From: Mobula hypostoma
Taxonomy: Eukaryota
DNA length: 64,000 bases
Reading direction: 5' to 3'
Assembly (NCBI RefSeq): GCF_963921235.1
Contig: NC_086108.1
Span: 19,592,001-19,656,000 of the forward strand
Positions 21,619-35,150 of this stretch are shown here, piece after piece (the first letter of the stretch is position 1; every line of letters begins with the position of its first letter). Made by a program: the position numbers and the translations under genes. Under the pieces are notes generated by a model. It was given only the letters and a program-made list of their open reading frames with translations. It searched no databases and was not told the DNA's origin.

Positions 21619-24600
21619 TAGAATTTTAATGATTGAAGTACTTAATTGTCGTATTCCAGTGCAAGGAGTGGCAGCTGCAGAGAAACTCTTGGTAAAACTT
21701 CCAAAATAATTCAAGTTCGTTGTCATAGTCAAGCAGACCAAGGGCATAAATGTCATGAAAATTAGTCGTTTGCAGCAGCAGTAGCACAGTACACTGACAA
21801 TGAGATGTGGCTGTGCCTTCTTCATGATTGTATCACGCACTGACCCGAGGATTAATCCTCAAGGTGTTGACATTCAGGAACTTGAGCTTGAAATATGAGC
21901 AGACATAAGAAAAAAAATCATTTGGCCCCTCTACCTGTCGCACCATTCACTAAGACCATGGTTCACTGCCAGCTTGCTGCTTAAATCCCCACACCTCTTG
22001 ATTCCTTTATCACCTCTTAGGTAGGCATATGGATGAAAGAAATATGGAGGGTTGAGCAGGAGGGAAGTGTTAGATTGATCTTGGAGTAGGTTCCAGAGCC
22101 CAATCAGCAGAGCACCATGACAAGGTTACTCACAGGTCGACGAAGCTTCTATAAAAGGAGAGCTTTGTGGGCGTTCAGGCATTCCAGAGCGGCAGGAATA
22201 GAGCAGTCCGAAGTAAATAAAAATACAAGGGGACAAGCAGGGGGGGCCATTGTTGGCAGTGGTGAGAGTAGGAGCATCAGGCTTTGACTCAAGAGGCTTC
22301 GATGAAAAGAAACCAGGAAGAAGGGTAGGTTTTTCCTTTCATTATTGCTGATTTGGTCTCGGTTGCCCATAGTACAGTGCAGGCAGGATGACAGATATGG
22401 CAGTGGAATGCTCCTCCTGTAGGATGTGGGAATTCATGGAACCTGATGGTCTCGCTGATGACTACACATGGGGGATGTGCAGCCAACTCCAGCTCATGAA
22501 AGACCACATTAAGGAGTTGGAGCTGGAGCTGGATGAACTAAGGGTCATCTGGGAGGCAGAGCAATTGATAGATAAGACATCTGAGCAGATGGTTACACCC
22601 AGAGTGCAGAATTCAGGGTGTAGATTGGTGAACACCGATACAGGTAAAGGGAGGAGGAAGTCAGTGCAGGATCCCCCTGTGGCCATTCCCCTCAGCTACA
22701 GGTATACCCCTTTCAACACTGATGAGGGGTTGAACTACCTGGACAAGGCAGCAGCAGCCAGACCAATAACACTATGGTCAGCTCTGAGCCTCAGAAGGGT
22801 AGGGTGAAGTCAGATGGAGCAATAGTCAGAGGGGACTCGAAAGTTAGGGGACAAGTAGGAGATTCTGCGACAGCAAAAGACACGCCAAGATAGTGTGCTG
22901 TCTCCCAGTTCTAGGGTCCAGGACGTCTCTGAGCGGTTGCAGAATATTCTTGAAGTGGAGGTGAGCAGCCAGAGGCTGTGGTACCAGTGACATAGGCAGG
23001 AGAGGGGTAGAAGTCCTGTGCAGTAAATTTAGGGAGTTAGGAAGGATGCTGAAGAGCAGGACCTCCAAGGAGGTGATCTCCAGATTACTCCCAGTGTAAC
23101 GAGCTAGGGAAGGTCAGAACAGGAAGGTAGCACAAATAAATGAGTCGCGGAGGAGATGGTGCAGGGAGCAGTGTTTCAAGTTATTGCATCATTGGAACCT
23201 TTTCTGGGGAAGGGGTGGCATGTACAAGTGGGACTGGTTACACCTGGACTGGAGGGGGACCAATATCCTGGGAGGGAGGTTTGCTAATGCTGTCGGGGAG
23301 GGTTAAACCAGATTTGCAGGGGCGTGGGAACTGAAGTGAAGAGGCAGAGGATGGAGTGGTTGGCACACAAGAAGGGACAGCTTGTAGGGAGTTTGTAAGG
23401 AAGGATAAACAGATGATAGAACAAAGCACTCAGCCAGATAGTTGAGATAAATCTATTTTAATGCAAGGAGCATCATAAACAAGGCATATGAACTTAGAGT
23501 GTGGATCAATACATGGAACTATGACGTTATGGCCATTACAGAGACTTGGATATCTCATGGGCAGGAATGGCTGCTGAGTGTGCTGGGCTTTTGATGTTTT
23601 TGAAAGGACAGGGAGGGAGGCAAAAGAGGTGGGGGTGTGTCATTGCTAATCAGGGGTAGTATCACGGCTGGAGAAAAGGAGGAAGTCATGGAGGGACTGT
23701 CTACTAAGTCAGTGCAGGTGGAAGTCAGACACAGGAAGGGGGCAATAATTCTACTGGGTGTTTTTTATAGACCCCCAATAGTAACAGGGACATCGAGGAG
23801 CAGATAGGGATGCAGATTCTGGGACACTGCAATAATAATAGGGTTATTGTGACAGGTGATTTTAACTTACCTAATAATGACTGGCATCTCCTTAGAACAA
23901 GGGGTCTTGGATGAGGTGGAGTTTGTTAGCTGTGTTGAGGAAGGTTTCGTGACGCGATATGTAGATAAGCCAACGAGAGGAGAGGCTGTACTTGATCTGA
24001 TATTGGGAAATGGACCTGGACAAGTGTCAGATCTCTCAGTGGGAGAGCATTTTGGAGGTAGTGATCACAACTCTATCCCCTTTACCACAGCGCTGGGGAG
24101 GGATAGGAGCAGACAATTTGGGAAAATGTTTAATTAGGCTAGGAAGAAATATGATGCTATTAGGCAAGAACTTGGGAGCATGAACTGGGAGCAGATGTTC
24201 TCAGGGAAATGCATGGCAGAAATGTGGCAAATGTTCAGGGAACGTTTGCATGGTGTTCTGCATAGATATGTTCCATTGAGGCAGGGAAAGGATGGTAGGG
24301 TAAAAGAACCATGGTGTACAAACTATGTAGAAAATCTAGTTAAGAAGAAAAGAAAAGCTTAGGAAAGGTTCAAGAAACTAGGTACTGTTAGAGCTCTAGA
24401 AAATTACAAGGGTGCCAGGAAGGAGCTCAAGAATGAAATTAGGAGAGCTAGAAAGGGCTACGAGAAGGCATTCTACAAGTATATGAAGAACAACAGGATG
24501 AGCCATGTGAGAATAGGACCAATCAGGTGTGATAGTGGAAATGTGTGCATGGAGTTGGAGGAGGTAGCAGAGGTACTTAATGAGTACTTTACTTCAGTAT

Positions 24601-25172
24601 TCACCAGTGAAAAGGACCTTTGCAATTGTGGGGATGACTGACAGTGGACTAAAATGCTTGAGCATATAGACATTAAAAAAGAGAATGTGATGGAGCTTTT
24701 GAAGGTATTAAGTTAGATAAGATGCTGAGACCAGACAAAATATACCCCAGGCTACTGTGGAAACAAGAGAGGAAATTGCTAAGCCTCTGGCAATGATCTT
24801 TACATCATCAATAGGGATGGGAGAAGTACCAGAGGATTGGAGGGTTGCAAATGTTGCTCCCCTGTTCAAGAAAGGGAACAGAGATAACCCAGGAAACTAT
24901 AGATCAGTGAGTCCGACTTCAGTGGTGGGCAAGTTGTTGGAAAAGATCCTGAGAGGCAGGATTTATGAGCATTTAGAGAGACATAATCTGATTAGGGATA
25001 GTTAGCATAGCTTTGTCAAGGATAGGTCATGCCTTATGAGCCTGTTTGGATTCTTTGAGGATGTAACAAAACACATTGATGAAGGTAGAGCAGTGGATGT
25101 AGTATATATGGAACATACATCAAAGTTGCTGGTGAACGCAGCAGGCCAAGCAGCATCTGTAGGAAGAGGTGC

Positions 25173-25208
25173 AGTCGACGTTTCAGGCCGAGACCCTTCG
25201 TCAGGACT
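25173..25208 (-). ncRNA. Minimal type-I hammerhead ribozyme motif (intact core)
   Basis: Reverse complement reads agtcCTGACGAagggtctcggcctGAAAcGTCgact, identical to 21520-21555. Confidence 0.8.
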
Positions 25209-26014
25209 AACTGAAGGAAGAGTGAGTAAGAGATTTGAAAGCTGGAGGGGGAGGGGGAGATCCAAAATGATAGGAGAAGACAGGAGGGGGAGGGATAGAG
25301 CCGAGAGCTGGACAGGTGATAGGCAAAAGGGGATACGAGAGGATCATGGGACAGGAGGTCCGGAAAGAAAGACGGGGGGGCGGGTGACCCAGAGGATGGG
25401 CAAGAGGTATATTAAGAGGGACAGAGGGAGAAAAAGGAGATTGAAAGAAAGAATGTGTGCATAAAAATGAGTAACAGATGGGGTACGAGGGGGAGGTGGG
25501 GCCTTAGCGGAAGTTAGAGAAGTCGATGTTCATGCCATCAGGTTGGAAGCTACCCAGACGGAATATAAGGTGTTGTTCCTCCAACCTGAGTGTGGCTTCA
25601 TCTTTACAGTAGAGGAGGCCATGGATAGACATGTCAGAATGGGAATGGGATGTGGAATTAAAATGTGTGGCCACTGGGAGATCCTGCTTTCTCTGGCAGA
25701 CAGAGCGTAGATGTTCAGCAAAGCGGTCTCCCAGTCTGCGTCGGGTCTCGCCAATATATAAAAGGCCTTCTTTCTCTCACTCTCCTTTTTCTCTTAATAT
25801 CTGTCCCTCTTAATATACCTTTTGCCCATCCTTTGGGTCACCCCCCCCTTGTCTTTCTTCCCGGACCTCCTGTCCCGTGATCCTCTCGTATCCCCTTTGC
25901 CTATCACCTGTCCAGTTCTCGGCTCTATCCCTCCCCCTCCTGTCTTCTCCTGTCATTTTGGATCTCCCCCTCCCCCTCCAACTTTCAAATCCCTTACTCA
26001 CTCTTCCTTCAGTT

Positions 26015-26050
26015 AGTCCTGACGAAGGGTCTCGGCCTGAAACATCGACT
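26015..26050 (+). ncRNA. Hammerhead motif, GTC changed to ATC
   Basis: agtcCTGACGAagggtctcggcctGAAAcATCgact; a CpG-type transition breaks the ACGT palindrome. Confidence 0.6.
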
Positions 26051-27414
26051 GTACCTCTTCCTACAGATGCTGCTTGGCCTGCTGCGTTCACCAGCAACTT
26101 TGATGTATGTTGCTTGAATTTCCAGCATCTGCAGAATTCCTGTTGTAGTATATATGGATTTCAGTAAGGCATTGGATAGGGTTCCCCATGCCAGTCTCAT
26201 TCAGAAAGTAAGGAGGCATGGGATCGAAAGAGACCTTGCTTTGTGGATTCAGAATTGACTTGCCCACAGAAGGCAAAGGGTGGTTGTAGATGGTTCATAT
26301 TCTGCATGGAGGACAGTGACCAGTGGTGTTCCACAGGGCTCTGTTCTGGAATCCCTCCTCTCCGTGATTTTTATAAATGACCTGGATGAGGAAGTGGAAG
26401 GATGGGTTAGTAAGTTTGCTGATGACACAAAAGTTGAGGGTGTTGTGGATAGTCTGGAGGGTTTGTCAAAGATTACAGCGGGACATTGATAGGATGCAGA
26501 ACTGGGCTGAGAAGGGCAGATGGAGTTCAACCCAGATAAATGTGAAGTGGTTCGTTTCAGTCAGTCAAATTTGAAGACACAATATAATATTAATGGTAAG
26601 ACTCTTGGCAGTGTGGAGGATCAGCGAGATCTTGGGGTCCATGTCCATAGGACACTCAAAGCTGCTGTGCAGTTGACAGTGTTATTTAGAAGGTGTATGT
26701 TGTGTTGGCCTTTATCAACTGCAGGGATTGAGTTCAAGAGCTGTGAGGTAATGTTACAGCTGTAGAAGACCTTGGTCAGACCCCACTTGGAGTATGTACT
26801 GTGTTCAGTTCTGGTAATCTCACAACAGGAAGGATGTGGATACTATCGACAGAGGGCAGAGGAAATTTACAAGGATGTTGCCTGGATTGGAGAGGGTGCC
26901 TTATGAGAATAGGTTGAGTGAACTTGGCCATTTCTCCTTGGAGCAACGGAGGATAAGAGGTGACCTGATAGAGGTGTATAAGATGATGAGAGGCATTGAT
27001 GGTGCGGATAGCCAGAGGCTTCTTCCCTGGGGCTAAAATGGCTAACACGAGGGGACATCGTTTTAAGGTGCTTGGAAGTAGGTACAGGGGTGATGTCAGA
27101 GGTAAGTTTTTCACACAGAGTGGTGGGTACGTGGAATACACTGCCAATGACAATGGTAGAGGCAGATACAATGGGGTCTTTTAAGAGACTCTTAGATAAG
27201 TACATGGAGCTTAGAACAAATAGAGGGCTATGTGGTAGGGAAATTCCAGGCAGTTCCTCGAGTAGGTTACATGGCCGGCACAACATTGTGGGCCGAAGGG
27301 CCTGTAATGTGCTGTAGATTTCTATGATCTATATTCTAGAAGTTTGGCACAATATCATGGGCTGAAGGGCCTGTACTGCTCTATGTTTTATGTTCTATAT
27401 CAAAATATATACCG

Positions 27415-28288
27415 GGGAGTCTGTAGAAGCATCTAGACAGATTAGGAGAATAGGCAAAGAAGTGTCAGATGGAAAACAGTGTCGGGAAGTGTATGGTCAT
27501 GCACTTTGGTAGAAGAAATAAAGGTGTAAATTAATTTTTAAATGGGGAGAAAATTCAAAAATCAGAGGTGCAAAGGGATTTGGGAATCCTCTTAAAATTC
27601 CCCAAAGGTTACTTACAGGTTAAGTCAGTGGTAAGGGTGGCATATGCAATGTTAGACACACAAAATGCTTGAGGAACTCAGCATGTCAGACAGCATCTAC
27701 GGGAATGTATAGATGCTGCCTGACCTGCTGAGTTCCTCCAGCATTTTGTGTGTGTTGCTTTGGATTTCCAGCTTTTGCAGACTTTCTCAAGTTTATGAAG
27801 TGCAATGTTAGCATTCATTTTGAGAGGCCAAGAGGAATGATTCCAGGAGTGGAAGGGTTAATGTATGAGGAGTTTTCGATGGCTCTGGGCCTGTACTCGT
27901 GGGAGAATGGGGGGATCTTATCAAAGCTGATCAAACATTGAAAGGATTTGATAAAGTGGATGTGGAGAGGCTATTTCCTGTCGTGGGGAGTTTAGGACCA
28001 GAGGCCACAGCCTCTGAATAGAAGGACATCCCTTTAGAACAGAGATGAGGAGGAATTTCTTTAGCCAGAGGGTGATGAATCTGTAAAACTGATTGCCACA
28101 AACTGCTGTGGTGGTGAAGGCATCGGGTATATTTAAAGTGAAGTTTGATAGGTTTTTGATTAGTAAGGGCTTTAAAGGTACTGGAAGAAGGCTGGTGAAT
28201 GGGGTTGAGAGGGTTAATAAATCAGCCATGATGGAACGGCAGGGCAGACTTGATGGGCCAAATGGTTTAATTTTCATCCTGTGTTGTA
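27415..28288 (+). mobile_element. CR1 LINE 3' fragment, decayed
   Basis: aagtgtatggtcatgcactttgg; gagatgaggaggaatttctttagccagagggtg; CR1-type 3' UTR. Confidence 0.8.
27656..27800. mobile_element. Mini fold-back Penelope tail insertion
   Basis: Inverted arms ~27656-27699 and ~27709-27753; TSD tgcaatgttag at 27645-27655 and 27801-27811. Confidence 0.8.
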
Positions 28289-28861
28289 GGGTCTTATGGT
28301 ATGATCTTACAGCCCTCTTGAGAAAGAAATCACTTCCTCAGGTGAAGAAATGTCTCACCTTATTTCAGCCCCCTTATTTTGAGTCTGCTTCTTGACACAC
28401 CAGCAGGGGGAAACATCATCTCCACATCCATGCTGCGAAGCACCTACAAGAATTCTGCAAATTTCTGTGAGATCACTTCTATTCTCTAAAAATTAGGAGA
28501 GTGCAGTTCAAGTCTCTGATCAGCTGATAAACCTGGCATCCCAGGGATCAATTTGCTGAACCTTTGCTGCATTTCCCCTGGTGCAAGTACATCCTTCCTT
28601 AGGTAAGGAGACTAGGCCTGTAACAAAGATTACAGATGTAATCTCTCCAATGCTGTATTATGTACACAAACCTTATGTGATAAAGCTCAGCATTCTGTTG
28701 TCTTCTGTACAATTACTAATTTGAGTTATTCACATTATCTTGCTTAGGACACGGTTGTTCAATCTTGACTCTATTTGTAACCATCCTGCTTCCTGTAAGA
28801 ACCCCATTGCATCCTTCGAGTTTCCGAAGCTGTTTGAATGATAACATTCCATGGGGTTTGC

Positions 28862-29450
28862 AGAGGTACAATGATTGGAGTTGCTGCCTCACAAATCCAA
28901 TGGACTGAGTCCAATCCTGATGTCTGGTAGAAACATAGAAAACCTACAGCACAGTACAGGCCCTTCAGCCCACAAAACTGTGCCAAACATGTCCTTACCT
29001 TAGAACTCCCTAGGCTTACCCATAGCCCTCTATTTTTCTAAGCTCCATGTACCTATCCAGGAGCCTCTTAAAAGACCCTATCATTTCCACCTCCACCATA
29101 GCCGCCAGCAGCCCGTTCCACGCACTCACCACTCTCTGTGTAAAAAAACCTTACCCCTGACATCTCCTCTGTACCTATTCCCATGCACCTTAAAACTATG
29201 TCCTCTCATGCTAGCCATTTCAGCCCTGGGAAAAAGCCTCTGACTATCCACACAATCAATGCCTCTCATTATTTTGTACACTATCAATGCCTCCCATGAT
29301 CTGGTGTTGTGGAGTTGACATGTTCTCCTTATCACTGTGTGGGTTTCCTCCCATGTACCAAAGGTGTGCAGATTGGGAGGTTAATTAACCCAAGCATGTA
29401 GGTGAGAGGTAGAATCTGGAGCGAGTTGACAGAAATGTGGCGGCAATAAA
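28862..29450 (+). mobile_element. V-SINE split by a minus-strand CR1 3' end (28929-29299)
   Basis: tRNA-like head ..gttgctgcctcac..caatcctga, then CR1 tail agaaacatagaa; SINE resumes at gtggagttgacatgttctc; tctggt flanks the CR1. Confidence 0.65.
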
Positions 29451-29489
29451 ATGCCATTTCTGTACGATTGATGTAAAAAGTATTGTGCT

Positions 29490-32400
29490 TGAGAAGGACA
29501 CCCGCATGGTTTGTGGCCTCCCGGGTGCCAGGGTCCGGGATGTCTCTGACCGGGTGCACGACATCCTGGTACGAGAGGGAAAGCAACCAGAAGTCGTGAT
29601 ACATGTTGGGACCAACGACATAGGCAGGAAGAGGGATGAGGTCCTGAAGTGTGAGTTTCGGGAATTAAGCAGAAAGCTGAAGAACAGGACCTCAAGGGTG
29701 ACGTTCTCAGGATTGCTGCCAGTGCTACGTGACGGAGATGGTAAGAATTGGAGGAGATGGCAGTTGAATGCGTGGCTGAGGAGTTGGTGCAGGGAGCAGG
29801 GTTTTAGATTTTTAGATCATTGGGATCTCTTCTGGGGAAGGTGGGACCTGTACAGATTGGATGGGTTGCACCTGAATTCGAGGGGGACCAATATCCTTGC
29901 AGGTAGGTTTGCTAGCATGGTTCGGGAGGGTTTAAACTAATTTGCGAGGGGGATGGGACCCAGAGCGATGGAGCAGTGAAAGAAGTGCATGGAGTAAAGC
30001 CAGATCTAACATACAGAGAGGCTTTGAGGAAAGAGAAGCAGAATAAACGGTGTAAAGACAGTAAGGTAGAAGGACTGAAATGTGTGTACCTCAATGCAAG
30101 AAACATCAAGAACAAAGGTGATGAACTGAGAGCTTGGATACATACATGGAATTATGATGTAGTGGCCATTACAGAGACTTGGCTGGCACCAGGGCAGGAA
30201 TGGATTCTCAATATTCCTGGATTTCAGTGCTTTAAAAGGGATAGAGAGGGTGGAAAAAGGGGAGGAGGGGTGGCATTACTGGTCAGGGATACTATTACAG
30301 CTACAGAAAGGGTGGGTAATGTAGCAGGATCCTCTTTTGAGTCAATATGGGTGGAAGTCAGGAACAGGAAGGGAGCAGTTACTCTACTGGGCATATTCTA
30401 TAGGCCCCCTGGTAGCAGCAGAGATACAGAGGAGTAGATTGGGAGGCAGATTTTGGAAAGGTGCAAAAATAACAGGGTTGTTATCATGGGTGACTTTAAC
30501 TTCCCTAATATTGATTGGCACCTGATTAGTTCCAAGGGTTTAGATGGGGCAGAATTTGTTAAGTGTGTCCAGGATGGATTCCTGTCACATTATGTGGACA
30601 GGCCGACCAGGGGGAATGCCATACTAGATCTAATACTAGGTAATGAACTGGGTCAGGTCACAGATCTCTCAGTGGGTGAGCATCTGGGGGACAGTGACCA
30701 CTGCTTCTTGGCCTTTATAATTATCATGGAAAAGGGTAGAATCAAAGAGGACAGGAAAATTTTTAATTGAGGAAAGGCAAGTTATGAGGCTATGAGGCTA
30801 GAACTTGTGGGTGTGAATTGGGATGATGTTTTTGCAGGCAAATGTACTACAGACATGTGGTCGATGTTTAGAGATCTCTTGCGGGATGTAAGGCATAAAT
30901 TTGTCCCAGTGAGGAAGATAAAGAATGGTAGGGTGAAGGAACCATGGGTGACAAGTGAGGTGGAAAATCTAGTCAGGAGGAAGAAGGCAGCATACATGAG
31001 GTTTAGGAAGCAACGATCAGCTGGGTCTATTGAGGAATATAGGGAAGCAAGAAAGGAGCTTAAGAAGGGGCTGAGAAGAGCAAGAAGGGGGCATGAGAAG
31101 GCCTTGGCGAGTAGGGTAAAGGAAAGCCCCAAGGCATTCTTCAATTATGTGAAGAAAAAAAGGATGACAGGAGTGAAGGTAGGACCAATTAGAGATAAAG
31201 GTGGGAAGATGTGCCTGGAGGCTGTGGAAGTGAGTGAGGTCCTCAATGAATACTTCTCTTCAGTATTCACCAATGAGAGGGAACTTGATGACGGTAAGGA
31301 CAATATGAGTGAGGTTGATGTTCTGGAGCATGCTGATATTAAGGGAGAGGAGGTGTTGGAGTTGTTAAAATACATTAGGACAGATAAGTTCCTGGGGCCT
31401 GACGGAATATTCCCCAGGCTGCTCCACGAGGCGAGAGAAGAGATTGCTGAGCCTCTGGCTAGGATCTTTGTGTCCTCGTTGTCCACGGGAATGGTACCGG
31501 AGGATTGGAGGGAGGCGAATGTTGTTCCCTTGTTCAAAAAAGGTAGTAGGGATAGTCCGGGTAATTATAGACCAGTGAGTCTTACGTCTGTGGTGGGAAA
31601 GCTGTTGGAAAAGATTCTTAGAGATAGGATCTATAGGCATTTAGAGAATCATGGTCTGATCAGGGACAGTCAGCATGGCTTTGTGAAGGGCAGATCGTGT
31701 CTAACAAGCCTGATAGAGTTCTTTGAGGAGGTGACCAGGCATATAGATGAGAGTAGTGCAGTGGATGTGATCTATATGGATTTTAGTACGGCATTTGACA
31801 AGGTTCCACACGGTAGGCTTTTTCAGAAAATTAGAAGGCATGGGATCCAGGGAAGTTTGACCAGGTGGATTCAGAATTGGCTTGCCTGCAGAAGGCAGAT
31901 GGTGGTGGTGGAGGGAGTACATTCAGATTGGAGGATTGTGACTAGTGGTGTCCCACAAGGATATGTTTTGGGACCTCTACTTTTCGTGATTTTTATTAAC
32001 GACCTGGATGTGGGGGTAGAAGGGTGGGTTGGCAAGTGTGCAGATGACACAAAGGTTAGTGGTGTTGTAGATAGTCTAGAGGATTGTCAAAGATTGCAGA
32101 GAGACATTGACAGGATGCAGAAGTGGGCTGAGAAGTGGCAGATGGAGTTCAACCCGGAGAAGTGTGAGGTGGTACACTTTGGAAGGACAAACTCCAAGGC
32201 AGAGTACAAAGCAAATGGCAGGATACTTGGTAGTGTGGAGGAGCAGAGGGATCTCAGGGTACATGTCCACAGATCCCTGAAAGTTGCCTCACAGGTGGAT
32301 AGGGTAGTTAAGAAAGCTTATGGGGTGTTAGCTTTCATAAGTCGAGGGATAGAGTTTAAGAGTCGCGATGTAATGATGAAGCTCTATAAAACTCTGATTA

Positions 32401-32937
32401 GGCCACACTTGGAGTATTGTGTCCAGTTCTGGTCACCTCACTATAGGAAGGATGTGGAAGCATTGGAAAGGGTACAGAGGAGATTTACCAGGATGCTGCC
32501 TGGTTTAGAAAGTATGGATTATGATCAGAAATTAAGGGAGCTAGGACTTTACTCTTTGGAGAGAAGGAGGATGAGAGGAGACATGATAGAGGTGTACAAG
32601 ATAATAAGAGGAATAGATAGAGTGGATAGCCAACGCCTCTTCCCCAAGGCACCACTGCTCAATACAAGAGGACATGCCTTTAAGGTAACGGGTGGGAAGT
32701 TCAAGGGGGATATTAGAGGAAGGTTTTTTACTCAGAGAGTGGTTGGTGCGTGGAATGCACTGCCTGAGTCAGTGGTGGAGGCAGATACACTAGTGAAGTT
32801 TAAGAGACTACTCGACAGATATATGGAGGAATCTAAGGTGGGGTCTTATATGGGAGGCAGGGTTTGAGGGTCGGCATAACATTGTGGGCCGAAGGGCCTG
32901 TACTGTGCTGTACTATTCTATGTTCTATGTTCTATGT
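29490..32937 (+). mobile_element. Relatively young 5'-truncated CR1 LINE (ORF1 esterase C-terminus, ORF2, tail)
   Basis: VVIHVGTNDIG..DGLHLN (SGNH esterase); YLNARNI..ITETWL..GDFNFP..SDH (APE; stops at 30435, 30768); RT ORF; (ttctatg)n tail. Confidence 0.95.
30792..32867 (+). pseudogene. CR1 ORF2 reverse transcriptase portion, 691-aa open frame
   Basis: PEDWREANVVPLFKKG, NYRPVSLTS, QHGFVKGRSC, GVPQG, CADDTK (F>C), HLEYCVQFWSP; upstream APE part has stops. Confidence 0.92.
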
Positions 32938-33464
32938 TGGTTCTGTGCTAAAAGATGAAATACTTCTATGAGCATTGCTTCTGAGATATTAACCATTTTA
33001 TGTGAACCATTGCTTACCTATTACCTTACTCTATGGGTCTACTTCATTTCCCACACTTCTACTCTCATTTGCACCCAGTATACGGCAGGTGCTCCCTTTG
33101 TCCTCACCTTCCACTCCTTTGCCCTCTCCACTCAACAGGTCATCCATCAAAATTTCTGCCACCTTCAACAGCCTTTTTTTCCACATCAGGAGCACTTTCC
33201 TCTCCTTGCCACTTTCAACATTGCAACAGGACCAGTCCCTCCACAATTCCATCCCTCCCCTTCTCACAGCACTTCACTGGACACCTGTGGGTGATGCATT
33301 ACCTTCTCTTTTAACTCATCCCTTTTCACCAGCCAGCTGAGGCAGCAATTCATTTGTACTGTAGTTCAATCTAGTTCACACTGTTTTGTACCTACAATGT
33401 CATCCATTACACATTAGAAGAATCAAACCTCCAGTGTACGAGGGGAATCCTGAGCTTATCCTTA

Positions 33465-34156
33465 ACATAGAACATAGAACAGTACAGCACAGTACAGGCC
33501 CTTCGGCCCACAATGTTCTGCCGACCCTTAAACCCTACCTCCCATACAACCCCCCACCTTAAATTCCTCCATGTACCTGTCTAGTAGTCTCTTAAACTTC
33601 ACGAGTGTATCTGCCTCCACCACTGACTCAGGCAGTGCATTCCATGCACCAACCACTCTGAGTAAAAACCTTCCTCTAATATCCCCCCTGAACTTCCCAC
33701 CCCTTATCCTCTTGTACTGAGCATAGGTGCCCTGGGGAAGAGGCGCTGGCTGTCCACTCTATCTATTCCTCTTAATATCTTGTATACCTCTATCATGTCT
33801 CCTCTCATCCTCCTTCCCTCCAAAGAGTAAAGCCCTAGCTCCCTTAATCTCTGATCGTAATGCATACTCTCTAAACCAGGCAGCATCCTGGTAAATCTCT
33901 TCTGTACCTTTTCTCAACTGTGAGACACCTTTCAGGGATCTATGGACATGTACCCCCAGATCCCTCTGCTCCTCCACACTACCAAGTATCCTGCCATTTA
34001 CTTTGTACTCTGCCTTGGAGTTTGTCCTTCCAAAGTGTACCATCTCACACTTCTCTGGGTTGAACTCCATCTGCCACTTCTCAGCCCACTTCTGCATCCT
34101 ATCAATGTCTCTCTGCAATCTTCGACAATCCTCTACACTATCCACAACACCACAAA
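33465..34156 (-). mobile_element. CR1 3' fragment (same subfamily as 29490-32937) with internal deletions
   Basis: [38 protein letters not shown]; aacatagaacatagaa tail. Confidence 0.9.
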
Positions 34157-34577
34157 TGCTCTCTCTCCACAAATGCTTTCTGACAAACTGAAATGGGCTT
34201 GAGTATGTATTCTTCATTTTGGTTGCTTACCTAGTGACAAAGTGTCCTCACGTCTGTGATTTGTGGTGGGAGGGTGGAGGGTGGAGGGTGGAAGGAGCAT
34301 TGGTCAGAACAGGCTGAGGCCGGTCCCCACAAATGATGATGCATGTTAAATCTGCATGAAATAACCAGCTGTTTGAAGTGTCCCTCTGGAGGTTGTCAAA
34401 TTTAACTTTCTGTTCGGTGTGACATATCAGGCCATGTCTGGTTTGGCCTGGGGCATTTGGATTGTTACTTTACACTGATACACCTCAGGGGAGTGACACA
34501 GCTTTCTCGAGCCTTTACGCAAAATGTAGCAAAGTGGTACTTCAAACCTTGCAAATCTTGATGGAAGAGCTACAAAC

Positions 34578-35150
34578 TAACCATAAACAAAAAATCTGCA
34601 GATTCTGGAAATCCAAGCAACACACACACAGGCCAGGTAACATCTATGGAAAAAAGTACAGTCAATGTTTTGGTCCAAAACCCTTCATCTTGACTGGAGG
34701 GGAAAAAAAAGCTGAGGAGTAGATTTGAATGGCGGGAGGAGAGGAGAGAGAAACACCAGGCAAAACTTGGAGGGAGAGAGATAAAGCAAAGTGCTAGAAA
34801 GTTAATTGGTAAAAGAGACAGAAGGCCATGGAAGAAAGAAAAAGTGGGGGGGGGGGTTAGGAGGAGCACCAGAGGGAGGAGATGGGTGGACAAGGAGAGA
34901 ACATGAGAGAGGGACGAGGGGTTAGGAAGTGGTGAAGGGGGGAGGCATTACTGGAAGTTTGAGAAATCGATGTTCACGCCATCAGGTTGGAGGCTATCCA
35001 AATGGAATATCAGGTGTTGTTCCTCCAACCTAAGTGTGGCCTTATCCCAATACTGGAGGAGGCCATGGATGGACATATCGGAATTGGAATGGGAAGTGGA
35101 ATTAAAATGGGTGGCCACTGGGAGATCCCACTTGTTCTGGCGGATGGAGT
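34578..35150 (-). mobile_element. Penelope 3' fragment with decayed hammerhead
   Basis: DLPVATHFNS..RLEEQHLIFHL..NIDFSNFQ; decayed motif ~34660-34695. Confidence 0.85.

Larger units (their letters stand above)
25113..26143. mobile_element. Penelope insertion with inverted structure inside the CR1 RT
   Basis: Minus-strand copy 25113-~25767 plus plus-strand copy ~25768-26143; 15-bp TSD tgtagtatatatgga at 25098-25112 and 26144-26158. Confidence 0.92.
22150..27398 (+). mobile_element. Essentially full-length CR1 LINE (ORF1 zinc-finger/leucine zipper/esterase, ORF2 APE-RT), decayed, interrupted by Penelope
   Basis: ORF1 from 22388 (VECSSCRMWE, LELELDEL, GDS motif ~22832); ORF2 [32 protein letters not shown]; ttctat-type tail. 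Confidence 0.9.

Noticed and set aside
30792..32867. Active or domesticated RT gene
   Set aside because: The element is 5'-truncated, the APE region has two stops and FADD reads CADD; an ordinary young dead copy
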